DNA from: the human T2T-CHM13v2.0 reference genome, Homo sapiens
NCBI RefSeq assembly: GCF_009914755.1
Contig: NC_060947.1
Direction: 5' to 3' (one strand)
Length of the DNA stretch: 64,000 bases
The position numbers and the translations under genes are program-made. Under the pieces are notes generated by a model. That model saw only the letters and a list, made by a program, of their open reading frames with translations, searched no databases and was not told the DNA's origin. This document shows, one piece after another, positions 20,889 to 33,300 of this stretch; the stretch's first letter is position 1, and every line of letters begins with the position of its first letter.

Positions 20889-21682
20889 TGTGTCCGGAAT
20901 TGGTTCCTTCTTGGGGGTTCTTGGTCTCACTGACTTCAAGAAGGAAGCCGCGGACCCTCGCTGTGAGTGTTACAGTTCTTAAAGATGGTGTGTCCAGAGT
21001 TTGTTCATTTAGACGTTCAGATGTGTCTGGAGTTTCTTCCTTCTGGTGGGTTTGTGGTCTCGCTTGACTTCAGGAGTGAAACTGCAGACCTTCGCGGTGT
21101 TACAGCTCTTAAAGGTGGCATGTCCGGAGTTGTTTTTTCCTCCCGGTGGGTTCGTGGTCTCGCTGACTTCAGGAGTGAGGCCACAGACCTTCACAGTGAG
21201 TGTTACAGCTCATAAAGGTAGTGCAGACCCAAAGAGTGAGCAGCAGCAAGATTTATTATGAAGAGCGAAAGAACAAAACATCTACAACGTGGAAGGGGAC
21301 TTGAGCAGGTGGCTGCTGCTGGCTTGGGTAGCCAGCTTTTATTTGCTTATTTGGACCCACCCACATCCTGCTGATTGGTCCATTTTACAGACTGCTGATT
21401 GGTCCATTTTTTACAGAGTGCTGATTGGTGCATTTACAAACCTTTAGCTAGACACAGACCGCTGATTGGTGCATTTTTACAGAGCGCTGAGTGGTGCGTT
21501 TACAAACCTTTAGCTAGACACAGAGTGCTGATTGGTGCGTTTTTACAGAGTGCTGAGTGGTGTGTTTACAAACCTTTAGCTAGACACAGAGCACTGATTG
21601 GTGTTTTTACAATCCTTTAGCTAGACAAAAAAGTTCTCCAAGTCCTTACCTGACCCAGAAGCCCAGCCGGCTTCACCTCTCA
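20889..21682 (-). mobile_element. LTR12 (ERV9) solo LTR, short form
   Basis: Reverse complement starts tgagaggtgaagccggctgggcttctgggtc; tandem ctgattgg enhancer units; U5 repeats; perfect 4-bp TSD CCAA. Confidence 0.96.
21335..21625 (-). promoter_or_regulatory. LTR12 U3 NF-Y (CCAAT) cluster and AATAAAA TATA-like box; potential leftward promoter
   Basis: Six intact CTGATTGG (21371, 21395, 21421, 21462, 21528, 21594), two CTGAGTGG variants, AATAAAAGC on minus strand at ~21335-21343. Activity cannot be shown from sequence. Confidence 0.55.
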
Positions 21683-22633
21683 CCAACATAATTTATGAAA
21701 AAGATTGTCCTTTCCCCATTGCATGTTCTTGGTAACTTTATTAATAATTAGTTGGCTGTAAATGCCTGGATTTATATCTGGGTTCTCTTTTATTCCATTA
21801 GTGTATGTATCTATCTTTATGTCAGTACCATGCTCTTTTTGTTACTATACGTTTGTAGTATACTTTGAAATCAGGTAGTGTCATGACTTTAGCTTTGATT
21901 TTGTGCTCAAGATTGCTTTGACTATTTGGGGTCTTTTTTGGTTCCAGATAAATTTTAGGATTTTTTTTTTTCTATTTCCATGAAGAATGTCATTGGTATT
22001 TTTATAGGGATTCCATTGAAACTGTAAATTGCTTTGTGTAGTATGGACATTTTAATAATATTAATTGTTTTAATCCATGAGCATAGAATATCTTTTTATT
22101 TATTTGTATCTTCTACATTTTTCTTATACCTCCTTGGTCACGTTTTCTCATAGGTATTTTTTGTAGCTACTGTAAATGGGATTGTTTTATTCTCCTTTCA
22201 GATAGTTAGCTATTGTACACAAATGCAACTAATTTTTGTGTGTTAACATTGTAACATAATTTTATGGAATTCATTTATTAATTCTAACAGCTTTTTAGTG
22301 GAGTGCTTAGAGTTTTCAATATATAGGGTTATGCCATCAGCAAACAGGAACAATTTAACTTCCTCTTCTCTAATTTTAATGCCTTTTATTTTTATCTCTT
22401 GCCTAATTTCTCTGACTAGGACACCAGTTCTCTGTTGAATAGAAGTAGTGAAAGTGGGCATCCTTATATTGTTTCGAATCTTAAAAAATTTTCAACTTTT
22501 TCCCATTCATTATGATGTTGGCTATAGGTTTGTTGTATATGGCTTTTATATCTCACCCCAGTTAGAATGTAAATTAGCACAGCCATTGTGAAAAACAGTA
22601 TAGGGGTTTTTCAAAAAATTAAAAGTAGAACTT

Positions 22634-22996
<363 letters not shown>

Positions 22997-23358
22997 TGAA
23001 ATTGGTCTGTCAAAGAGGCATCTGCACTCCCATGTTTATCGAATAATAGTCAAGATATGGAAACAAACTGTCTATCAGTGGATGAATGGATAAAGAAATG
23101 TATATATACACAGTGAAATATTATGGCCTAAGAATGTCATTTGTGATCACATGGATTAACCTGAAGGACGTTATGTTAAGTGAAATAAGCAAGGAACAGA
23201 AATACAAATACCACATGCTCTCACATGTAGGCTCTAGAAAAGCTGATCACATGGAAGTAGAGAGTAGAATGATGGTTTGTAGAGGCTCAGGTTGTTAGTT
23301 GGGAAAAGGAATGGGGAGATGTTGGTAAAAGGATACATAATTACAGTTAGATACGTTT

Positions 23359-23505
23359 GGCCAGATGTGGTGGCTCACACCTGTAGTCCCAGCTACTTAG
23401 GAGGCTGACGTGGGAGGGATGCTTGAGCCCAGGAAGTTGAGGCTGCAGTGAGCTGGGATTGTAGCACCACACTCCAGGCTGGGTGACAGGGAAAAAGACT
23501 GACAC

Positions 23506-23540
<35 letters not shown>

Positions 23541-23568
23541 CACAAAGAAGGAGCAAACAAACAAAAAA
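23359..23568 (+). mobile_element. FRAM/FAM Alu monomer with (CA)n-converted tail
   Basis: Right-arm-type monomer 'gcttgagcccaggaagttgaggctgcagtgagc', (CA)n at 23502-23544, flanking repeat tacagttagat. Confidence 0.85.
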
Positions 23569-23849
23569 CTAATGATATCTACAGTTAGATCAGGAGAATA
23601 AATTTCAAGAAATGTTATCATGAACAACATGGTGTTTTAAAGTACATATACATTGTGAAATGGTTAATTTTGGCTAATTAAAAAATATATTACCTCACTT
23701 GGTTATCATTTTGTGGTCAGAGTAACATCCACTCTGTTTACATTTTTCAAGAATACTATATATTATTATTGATCATAGTCACTTTTCTGTACATTTTGTA
23801 GTGGTCCAAATGCTATCCTTGCATATATTTTATTTTCTTAAATAAATCT

Positions 23850-23974
23850 ACTTTTGTAGAAACAGGGTCTTGCTGTGCTGCCCAGGCTGGTCTTGAAATC
23901 CTGAGCTCAAGAAATCATCCTGACTCAGCCTCCCAAAATCCTGGGATTACAGATGTGAGCCACCATGCCCAGCC
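23850..23974 (-). mobile_element. FLAM_C-like Alu monomer
   Basis: 'tttgtagaaacagggtcttgctgtgctgcccaggctgg...gagccaccatgcccagcc'; loose TSD catatatttt. Confidence 0.85.
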
Positions 23975-23989
23975 TCCTCCATATATTTT

Positions 23990-24600
23990 CAATTTGACTT
24001 TTTAAAACTTTATGCATAGAAAATTGTAGTCTTTCTGGTATACAATCCTATAACTTTCAACAAATGCTTAGAATCATGTATCCACCACCAATGTTCCATA
24101 TAAAACATTTCCATCACATCCAAAATTCCTTCGTGCTGCTTTCTTCTAGTCAACCTCTACCCCTATCCCACAGCCCTTGGCAAGCACTAATCTGTTTTCA
24201 ATTTCCATAATTTTTTTTCTAAGGTGTCATATGAAGAAAATCATATAATATGCAGCTTTTCTAAGTCTGGCTTTTCTTTTTACTTAGCACAATGCATTTT
24301 AGATGAATTAATGTTGTTGCACAAATCAATAGTTTATTTCTTGTATTGCTAATTATTATTCCATTGTATGGATGTACCCCTGTTTATCTATGCACTGGTC
24401 ATTTTCATGTTTTTGTGACTATCAATAAAGCTGCCATAATTTTTAATGAAATGTTGTAGTGTGAATATTATATTTTTCTCTTAGGTAGATATCTAGCTGT
24501 ATCATTACTGAGTTATATGGCAGATGAATGTTAAAATTTATAATAAGTAGGTGAATTGCTTTGAAAAGTAGCTATGTTGTTTTGTCCTTTCATTAGAACT
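23990..24600 (-). mobile_element. L1MC-type 3' fragment
   Basis: 'cccttggcaagcactaatctgtttt', 'tattccattgtatggatgtacc', 'aataaagctgccataa'. Confidence 0.8.
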
Positions 24601-25823
24601 TCCATTATTCTTCTGCATATGGACATCTAGTATTATCAGCACCTGTTATTGAAGAGACTGTCCTTTCTCCAAAGTATCTTCTTGGCACCTTTGTTAAAAT
24701 GATGTGCACTTCGAATAGCTGAAAATATAATCATGCAGTATGTTGTAGATTTTGTCCTTTGTCCTTTTTAAAAATTTTTGACAGTACATAGTAGATGTAT
24801 ATATTTATGGGATACATGAGATATGTTGGTACAAGCATGCAATGCATAATAATCACCTTATGGAAAAATTAGATATCCATTCCCTCAAACATTTATCCTT
24901 TGTGTTACAAACAATCTAATTATATTATTTTGCTTATTTTATAATGTACAATTAATTATTATTGATGATAATCACCTTGTTATGCTATCAAACAATAGAC
25001 CTTATTCATTTTCTCTAACTATTTTTTAGGCCCCTTAAATATCTCCACCTTCCCCCAATCACTACCCTTCCTAGCTTCTAGTGACCATTCTTCTATTCTC
25101 TATCTCCATGAGTTCAATTGTTTTAATTTTTAGATCCTACAAATAAATGAAAACATGCAGTGCTTGTCTTTCTGTGCCTGGCTTATTTGACTAAACATGA
25201 TGACCTCTACTTCCATCCATGTTGTTGCAAATAACAGAATTTCATTTTTTATGGATGAATAGTACTTCATTTTGTATATGTACCACATTTTCTTTATTCA
25301 TGTGTTCATGGCCCCTCAGTTTGCTTCCAAATCTTAGGTGTTGTGAAGAGTGCTGCAACAAACATGGGAGTTCAGTTATCTGTTTTATATACTCATTTCC
25401 TTTTTCGGGGGTGTATATACCCAGAAGTGGGATTGATGGATCATATGGTGGCCCAATTTCTAGTTTTTTGAGGAACATCCAAACTGTTCTTCATAGTGGT
25501 TGTTCTAACTTACAATTGCACCAACAGTATACAGGAGTTTCCTTTTCTCCACATCCTAGACACCATTTGCTATTGCCTGATTTTCCATAAAAGCCATTTT
25601 AACTGGGTTGAGATGATATTTCATTGTATTGTTGATTTGCATTTCTCTGATGATAAATGATGTTAAGCACCTTTTCATATGCCTGCTTGACATTTTTATG
25701 TCTTCTTTCTGGAAATGTCTATTCAGGTCTTTTGCCTGTGCTGTAACTAGATCATTAGATTTCTTTTTCTATAAAATTGTTGAGTTTCTTATATATTCCG
25801 GTTATTAATTCCTTATCAGATGG

Positions 25824-26229
25824 TGATATAGTTTGGATATTTGTGCCCACCCAAATCTCATGTTGAAACATAATACCAAGAGCTGGAGGTGGGCCCTAGT
25901 GCGAGGTGATTCGGTCATAGGGGCATCCTTATTAATGGTTTAGCATTTGAGAGAATTGATGCTGTCCTTGAGGCAGTGAGTGAGTTATTGTGAGACCTGG
26001 TTGTTTAAAATTGTGTGCCCCCCTCATTTGTTTTTGCTTTCACTATGTGATATGGCTGCTCTGCCTTTGCCTTCTGCCATAATTGGAAACTTCCTGAGGC
26101 CTCCCCGGAAACAGATTCCTCTATCCTTTCTGTACAGCCAGCAGAACAACAAGTCTATAATTCCTCCTCTCTTATAAATTACCCAGTCTCAGATATTTCT
26201 TTATAGCAATTTGAGAATGACCTAATACA
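25824..26229 (+). mobile_element. MSTA/B solo LTR
   Basis: tgatatagtttggatatttgtgccc...ataaattacccagtctcag...ctaataca; perfect TSD GATGG. Confidence 0.93.
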
Positions 26230-28234
26230 GATGGGTGGTTTCCAAATATTTTCTCCTATTCTGAGGGTTGTCTTTTCACTTTATTGGTTGTTTCTTTGCC
26301 ATGGAGAAGCTTTTAACTTGATGTGATCCCATTTGTCCATTATTGCTTTGGTTTCCTGTACTTGTAGGCTATTGCTCAAGACCAATATCCCAGAGAGCTT
26401 TCTCAATGTTTCCTTGTATTATAGTAATTTTATAGTTTAATGTCTTAGATTTAAGTCTTCAATCCATTTGTATTTGATTTTTGTATACTTTGAGAGATAG
26501 GGGTCCAGTTTTATTCTTCTGCATATGGATATCTAGTATTACCAGCACCGTTTACTGAAGAGACTGTCCTTTCTCCCAAGTATCTTCCTGGCAACTTTGT
26601 TAAAAATGAGTTCAGTGTAGGTGTGTGAATTTGTTTCTGGGTTCTTTATCCTGTTCCATTCGGTTATGTGTCTGCTTTTATGCAAGTACCATGACATTTT
26701 AGTTACTATAGCTCTGTAGTGAAGTCAGCTAATATAATTCCTCCTGTTTTGTTCCTTTTGCTCAGTATGTCTTTGGCTATTCTGGGTCTTTTGTAATTGC
26801 ATATAAATTTTATTATTTTTTCCTCCCATTTCTGTGAAGAATGTTACTGGTGTTTTCATAGGAATTGTGCTGAATCTGTATATTACTTTGAGTAGTACAG
26901 ACATTTAAACAATATTGATTATTCTAATCCATGTATATGGAATCGCTCCAGTTTCTGTGGCTTTTTCAATTTATTTCATCAGTGTTTTATAGTTTTCACT
27001 GTTAAAAATCATTCACTATTTTTGGTTTCTAATTATTTAATTTTATTTGTGGTCATCGTAAATAAGTATGCATTTTTTAGTTATTTTTCAGATTGTTCAC
27101 TGTAGCTTATAGAAATGCTACTGAGTTACCGCAGCATGTAATTTTTCAGATCGTTTGCAGTAGCATATAGAAATGTCACTGATTCCTGTGTGTTGATTTT
27201 GTATCTTGCAACTTTATTGAATTTGTTTTTTCAGTTCTGATTGTTTTCTTGTGGGGTCTTTACAGTTTTTCAAATATAAGATCATATCATCTTAAAAGAA
27301 GGATAATTGGATTGCTTTCTTTCCAATTTGGATGTCCTTTCTTTTTCTTTTTTTTTTTTTTCTTGTTTGAGTGCTCTAGCTACCACTTCCAGTACTATGC
27401 TGAATAACAATGATGAAACATGCATCCTTGTAATGTTTCAGATCTAAGAGGAAAGGCTTTCAGTTTTTCCCCATTCAGCATGATAATGGCTGTGGGTCTG
27501 TTGCATATGGCTCTTATTATATTAAGGTATGTTCCTTCTATATGCAGTTTTTTTGAGGGTTTTCATAATAATGGGATGCTGAACTTGATCAAATGCTTTT
27601 TTAGCATCAATTGAAATGAACATATAATTTTTATCTTTCATTCTGTTTTTAATTTATTATTTTTTAAAATTCTTTTGTATCATTCTGTTGACATTATATA
27701 CTACGTTGATTGATTTGTGTATGTTGAGCCATCCATGCATCCCTGGGATAAATCACACTTGGTCATGATGAATGATCTCTTTAATATATTGTAGAATTTG
27801 GTCTCCTAATATTTTGTTGAGGGTTTTTATATCAATATTCATCATTGATACTGACCTGTAGTTTCCTTTTTCAATGTGTCTGGCTGGTTTTGTTATTAGG
27901 GTAATGCTGGCTTTTTAGAAAGAATTTGGAAGCATTCTCTTCTCCTCTATTTTACAGAATAGTTTGAGTTGGATTGGCATTAGTTCTTTAAATGTTTGCT
28001 AGATTTCAGCAGTGAAGCCATTAGGTTCTGGGCTTTTCATTGCTGGGAGACTATTTATTATAACTGTGATCTCATTACTTGTTGTTGGTCTGGTTGGGTT
28101 TTAGATTTCTTCATGGTTCTATCTTTGTAGGTTGTATGTGTCTAGCAATTTATTCATTTATTCCAGAGTTTGAAATTTATTGGCACATAGTCGTTCATAG
28201 TAATCACCAAGGATCCGATGATCCTTTGAATTCC

Positions 28235-28535
28235 TTTTTTTTTTTTTTTTTTTTTGAGATGGAGTCTCACTCTGTAACCCAAGCTGGAGTGCAGTGGCAC
28301 GATCTCGGCTCACTGCAACTTCCACCTCCTGGGTTCAAGTGATTCTCCTGCCTCAGCCTCCTGAGTAGCTGGGATTACAGGCGCGCACCACAACGCCCAG
28401 CTAATTTTTGTATTTTTAGTAGAGACGGGGTTTTACCATGTTGGTCAGGCTGGTCTCGAACTCCTGACCTCGTGATCTGCCTGCCTTGGCCTCCCAAAGT
28501 GCTGGGATTGCAGGCGTGAGCCACTGCACCCGGTC
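28235..28535 (-). mobile_element. AluSg-like
   Basis: 'gaactcctgacctcgtgatc'; TSD atcctttgaatt. Confidence 0.95.
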
Positions 28536-28578
28536 AATCCTTTGAATTTCTGAGGCATTAGTTGTAATGTCTCCTTTT

Positions 28579-28892
28579 CCTTCCTTCCTTCCTTCCTTCC
28601 TTCCTTCCTTTCTTCCTTCCTTCATTTCTTTCTTTTTTCTTTCTTTCTTTCTTATTTTAGACAGGGTCTCACTTTGTCACCCAGGCTGGAGTGTGTGGCA
28701 CAATCTCAGCTCACTTTCAGCCTCAATCTCTCAGGTTCCAGTGATCCTCCCACCACAGACTCTTGAATAGCTAGGACTACAGGTATGCACCACCACACCC
28801 AGCTAACTTTTGTAACCTTTGTAGAGATGAGGTTTTATCATGTTGCCCAAGCTGGTCTCCACCTCCTGAGCTCAAGCAATCTGACCACCTCA
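28579..28892 (-). mobile_element. AluJ, 5'-truncated, with (CCTT)n/(CTTT)n tail
   Basis: 'cagggtctcactttgtcacccagg', 'ctcctgagctcaagcaatc'; flanking repeat aatgtct. Confidence 0.9.
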
Positions 28893-30303
28893 AATGTCTT
28901 TTTTTTTCCAAATCTGATTTTATTTATTTGAATCTTCTCTCTTTTTTATTAGTTAATGTGCCTAAAGGTTTGTCAATTTTGTTTATCTTTTCGAAAAAAC
29001 AACTTTTTGTTTTGTTATTTTGTATTATTTTATTCATGTCAAATTTATTTATCTCTGCTCTGCTCGTTATTATTTCTTTCCTTCTAATTTTGAGTTAAGT
29101 TTTCTCTTGCTTTTCTTATTTTTTCAGGATGCACCATTAAAGTTCTTTATTTGATGTTTTTATTCTTTGTTGATGTAGGCACTCAGCTATAAACTTGCCT
29201 CTAACTACTGTTTTTGCTGTATCTTACAGGTTTTGCTATGTTGTGTTTTCATTTTCTTTTGTTTCAAGAAATTTTTCAATTTATTTCTTAATTTTATTAT
29301 TGACCCACTGGTTATTCAGGATCATATTGCTTATTTTCTATGCACTTGTATCATTTCCAAAATTCATTTTATTATTGATTTCTAGTTATGTTCTATTGTG
29401 GTCAGAGAAGATGCTTAATATTATTTCAATTTTTTATTGTTTTAAGACTTGCTTGGTGACATAACATAAGGTTTGTCTTTGAGAATGATCCATATGCTGA
29501 GTAGAGGAATGTGTATTCTGCAACTGTTTGATGAAATGTTCTGTAAATATCTATGAGGTCCATTATTTTTTAAAGTGCAAATTAAGTTTGATGTTTCTTT
29601 GCTGATTTTCTGTCTGGAAGATTAGTCAAGTGCTGAAAGTGGGTTGTTGAAGTCTCCAGGCTTTATTATATTGGGGCCTCTGTCTCTTTGGTTCTAATCA
29701 TATTTTCTTTACATATCTGGGTGCTCGTGTATTGGGTGTACATATATTTACAATTATTTTATCTTCTTGCTGCATTGACTCTTATCAGTGTATAATGACT
29801 TTTCTCATTTCTTCTCACAAGTTTTGTCTTGAAATTTTTTTTGTTATAAATATAGCTATGCCTACTCTTTTTTGGTTTCCTTTGGCATGGGATATCTTTT
29901 TCCATCCCTTTATTTTCAGTCTATGTGTACTTTTATAGGTTAGCTATGTTTCATGTAGGCAATAGATCACTGGGTCTTGTTTTTTGTTGATTCAGCCATT
30001 CTGTGTTTTTTTAATTGGAAAATTTAGTCCATTTACATTTCATGTTATTACTGATAAGTAAGGTCTTGCTGCTGCCCTTTTGTTATTTGTTTTCTGGTTG
30101 TTTTTCAGTCTTCTTTCTCTCCTTTGTTTCTGTCTTTTAAATACAGTTGATTTTCTTTGGTGGTGCACTTTAGTTTTTTGCTTTTTACTTTTTGTGTTTG
30201 CTGTAATTTTTTAATTGGAAGTTACCATGAGGCTTGTAAATAATACCTTATAACCCATTATTTTAAACTGAAGGCAACTTAACCCTGATTGCATAAACAA
30301 GCA

Positions 30304-30349
30304 AACACACACACAAACACAGAAACACACACACACACACACACACACA
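30304..30349 (+). repeat. (CA)n microsatellite inside L1
   Basis: acacacacacaaacacagaaacacacacacacacac... Confidence 0.9.
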
Positions 30350-33300
30350 ACTAATAAAAACTCTACACTTTGACTTTATCCCTCCACTTTTTAACTTTTT
30401 GTTTTTTCCATTTATGTCTTATTGTCCTATGTCTTGAAAAGTTGTTGTAGTGAGTATTTTTATTGGTTTGTCATTTAGTCTTTCTACTTAAGACAAGAAT
30501 AGTTTACAAACCAGTATTACAGTGTTATACTATTCTGTGTTTTTCTGTGTGCTTACTATTCCCGGTGAGTTTTCTATTTTCAGATTATTTCTTTTTGCTA
30601 ACTAACATCCTTGTCTTTCAGATTGAAGAACTCCATTTAACATTTCTTGTAGCATAGGTCTGGTGTCAATGAAATCTCTTTTGTCTGTCTGGAAAGGTCT
30701 TTATTTTTCCTTCATGCTTGAAGGGTATTTTCACCAGATATACTACTCTAGGGTTACAGTTATTCCTTCAGTACTTTAAATATGTCATGCCACTTTCTCC
30801 TGGCCTGTAATGTTTCCAAATGAAAGTCTGCTTTCAGATCTATTGGAGCTCCATTGTGTATTATTTATTTCTTTTTTCCTGCTGCTTTTAGGGTACTTTC
30901 TTTATCCTTAACCTTTGGGAGTTTGATAATTAAATGCCTTGGGGTAGGCTTTATTGGGGGATAAATCCATAACATTCTTGTACTTGAATGTTGATATCTT
31001 TCTCTAGACTTGGGAAATCCTCTGATATTACACCTTTGACTAGACTTTCTACCTCCATCTCTTTCTCTACCTCTTCTTTAAGGCCAATAGCTCTTAGATT
31101 CACCCCTTTAAGGCTAGTTTTTAGATCCTGTAGGCATGCTTTATTATTTTTATTTTTATTGTCTCCTCTAACTGTGCCTGTCTTCAAGCTCACTAATTCT
31201 TTCTTCTGCTTGATCAATTCTGCTATTGAGAGACTTTGATACTTTCTTCAGCATGTCAGTAGCAGTTTTCAACTCTAGAATTTCTTCTTGATTCTTATTT
31301 CCATCTTTTTGTTAAATTTAGCTGATAGAATTTTGAATTTCTTCGAGTTTCCTCAAAACAGCTATTTTTAATTCTCTATCTGAAAGATCATATATCTCTG
31401 TTTCTCCAGGATTGGTTCCTGGTGTCTTATTTAGTTTATTTGGTGAGGTCGTGTTTTCCTAGAAAATGTTGATGCTTGTAGCTGTTAGTCTGTGTCTGGG
31501 CTTTAAAGAGTTAGATATTTTTTGTAGTCTTCAATGTCTGGCCTTTTTTGTTCCCGTCCTTCTTGGGAAGGCTTTCCAGGTATTTGAAGGGACTTGGGCC
31601 CCAAGCTCAATAATGCTGTAGTTTTTGCAGACCTGTAGAGGTATCACCTTGGTGTTATTGGATAAGATCCAGAAACATTCTCTGCAATATAAGCAAAGAC
31701 TGTTATTCTTTTCCCTTACTTTTTCCCAAACAAATGAAGTCTCTCTCTCTCTGTGCTGAGACACCTAGAAGTGGGGGTGTGGTGATGCAAGCTCCCCAGT
31801 GATCAACACCACTGGGATGGTGCTGAGTCATACCTGAAGCCAGCACAGTACCAGGTGTTTCCCAAAGCGTTTCCTTTCAGGGCAGTGATTTCTACCAGGA
31901 CCGAGGCATGTCCAGACATGCTGCCTTGGAGCCAGGTATTTAGGTCAAATACCTTAGCAGTTTACTGGGTGTTCTGGTGTACTGTGGCTGATTTGGCACT
32001 CAAACTACAATATAAAGTCATTCCTACTCTTCTCTCCCCTTTCTACAGGCAGAGAAGCCTCTCCCTGTATCCACCACCACCACTGATCCATAGGGAGTTC
32101 TGCCAGGCCACCACTGATATTCCCCTAAAGCCCAAGTGCTCTTCAGCCAGCTTTTGGTAAACGTTGTCAGTCCGGGGACTCACCCTTCAGAACAGTGGGC
32201 TCCCCTTTGGTCCAAGGCAGGTTCATAAATGCTGTCCAAGAGCCTAAGCCTGGACTTGGGGACCCTAAAAGCCTGTTTGTTGCTCTACCCCACTCTGGAC
32301 AAGCTGGTACCTAAGCTGCAAGACAAAGTTCCCTTTATTTTTCCCTCTGCTTTTTTCAAACAGGAGTCTTTCAACATAGTCACCACAGCTGGGAATGTGC
32401 TAGGTCACACCAGAAATCAGCATGTCTTAGTGCCCTAGGCCCATGGCATACTACCTGGGTATTGTTGATGGTAACCCAGGGCCCAAGGGCTCTTTAGCCA
32501 GTAGGTGATCAACCCTGCAAAAACTGTATCCTTCCCTTCCTTTTTGACCCATGGTGTGTTCATAAATGTCATCTGAGAGCTAGGGCCTAAAATGGGGGCC
32601 TCACAATCCTGGTCAGTGCCCTGTCCTGCTGTGGCTGAGCTGGTATCCAAGATGCAAGACAAAGTCCTGTTACACTGTGCTCCTCTACTTACACAGATAA
32701 AAAGGAGCCACTTTTGTTGCTGTGACCTGCACTACCTGGGTTTCGGGGAGAAATGGAACAAGTACTCTCTTAGCAGCACCAACTGGTGTTTCCATAGGTC
32801 ACATGCCACCCTAGCCTGCTGGCTCTAAGCCAAACCTAACACTAGGAGTTGCCCAGGAATTGGAGTTCTTGTGTTGTAGGCTGTCTTTCAAGTTTACCTA
32901 GTACGCCAGAGAATTTTAGCCCACAGTGGAAAGGCTTGTTGAGAAACTCAAATTCTGATCACTGGGATGGGTGAATCCCCTTTGACTAAGGTGAGTCCAA
33001 ATGCTCCCTACATGCACAGCCACTGGCTGAGCCCAGCAAGAGTTCATTCTCTGCTGTGACAGGGCAGCACTGAGTTCAATGTATTGTCCCACAGAGAGTG
33101 TCACTGCACTCTCCCCAAAGTGCACAGATTCTTTCTCCTTACTACTCAGCTGTTGCCTAGACATGAGGGATGGGTGGCATCAGTGATTCAAGACTATCTC
33201 TCTTGTCCTCCCCCACGCCTCCTTTAGCTATATGAAGTTAAAACTAGAAAGTATGATTGCTCACCTGATTTTTGTTTGTTGTGACGGTGTGATGGTGCTT

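Noticed and set aside
21361-21625. Repeat array resembling CRISPR
   Set aside because: These are the tandem U3 units of LTR12 in primate DNA, with no unique spacers and no cas genes.
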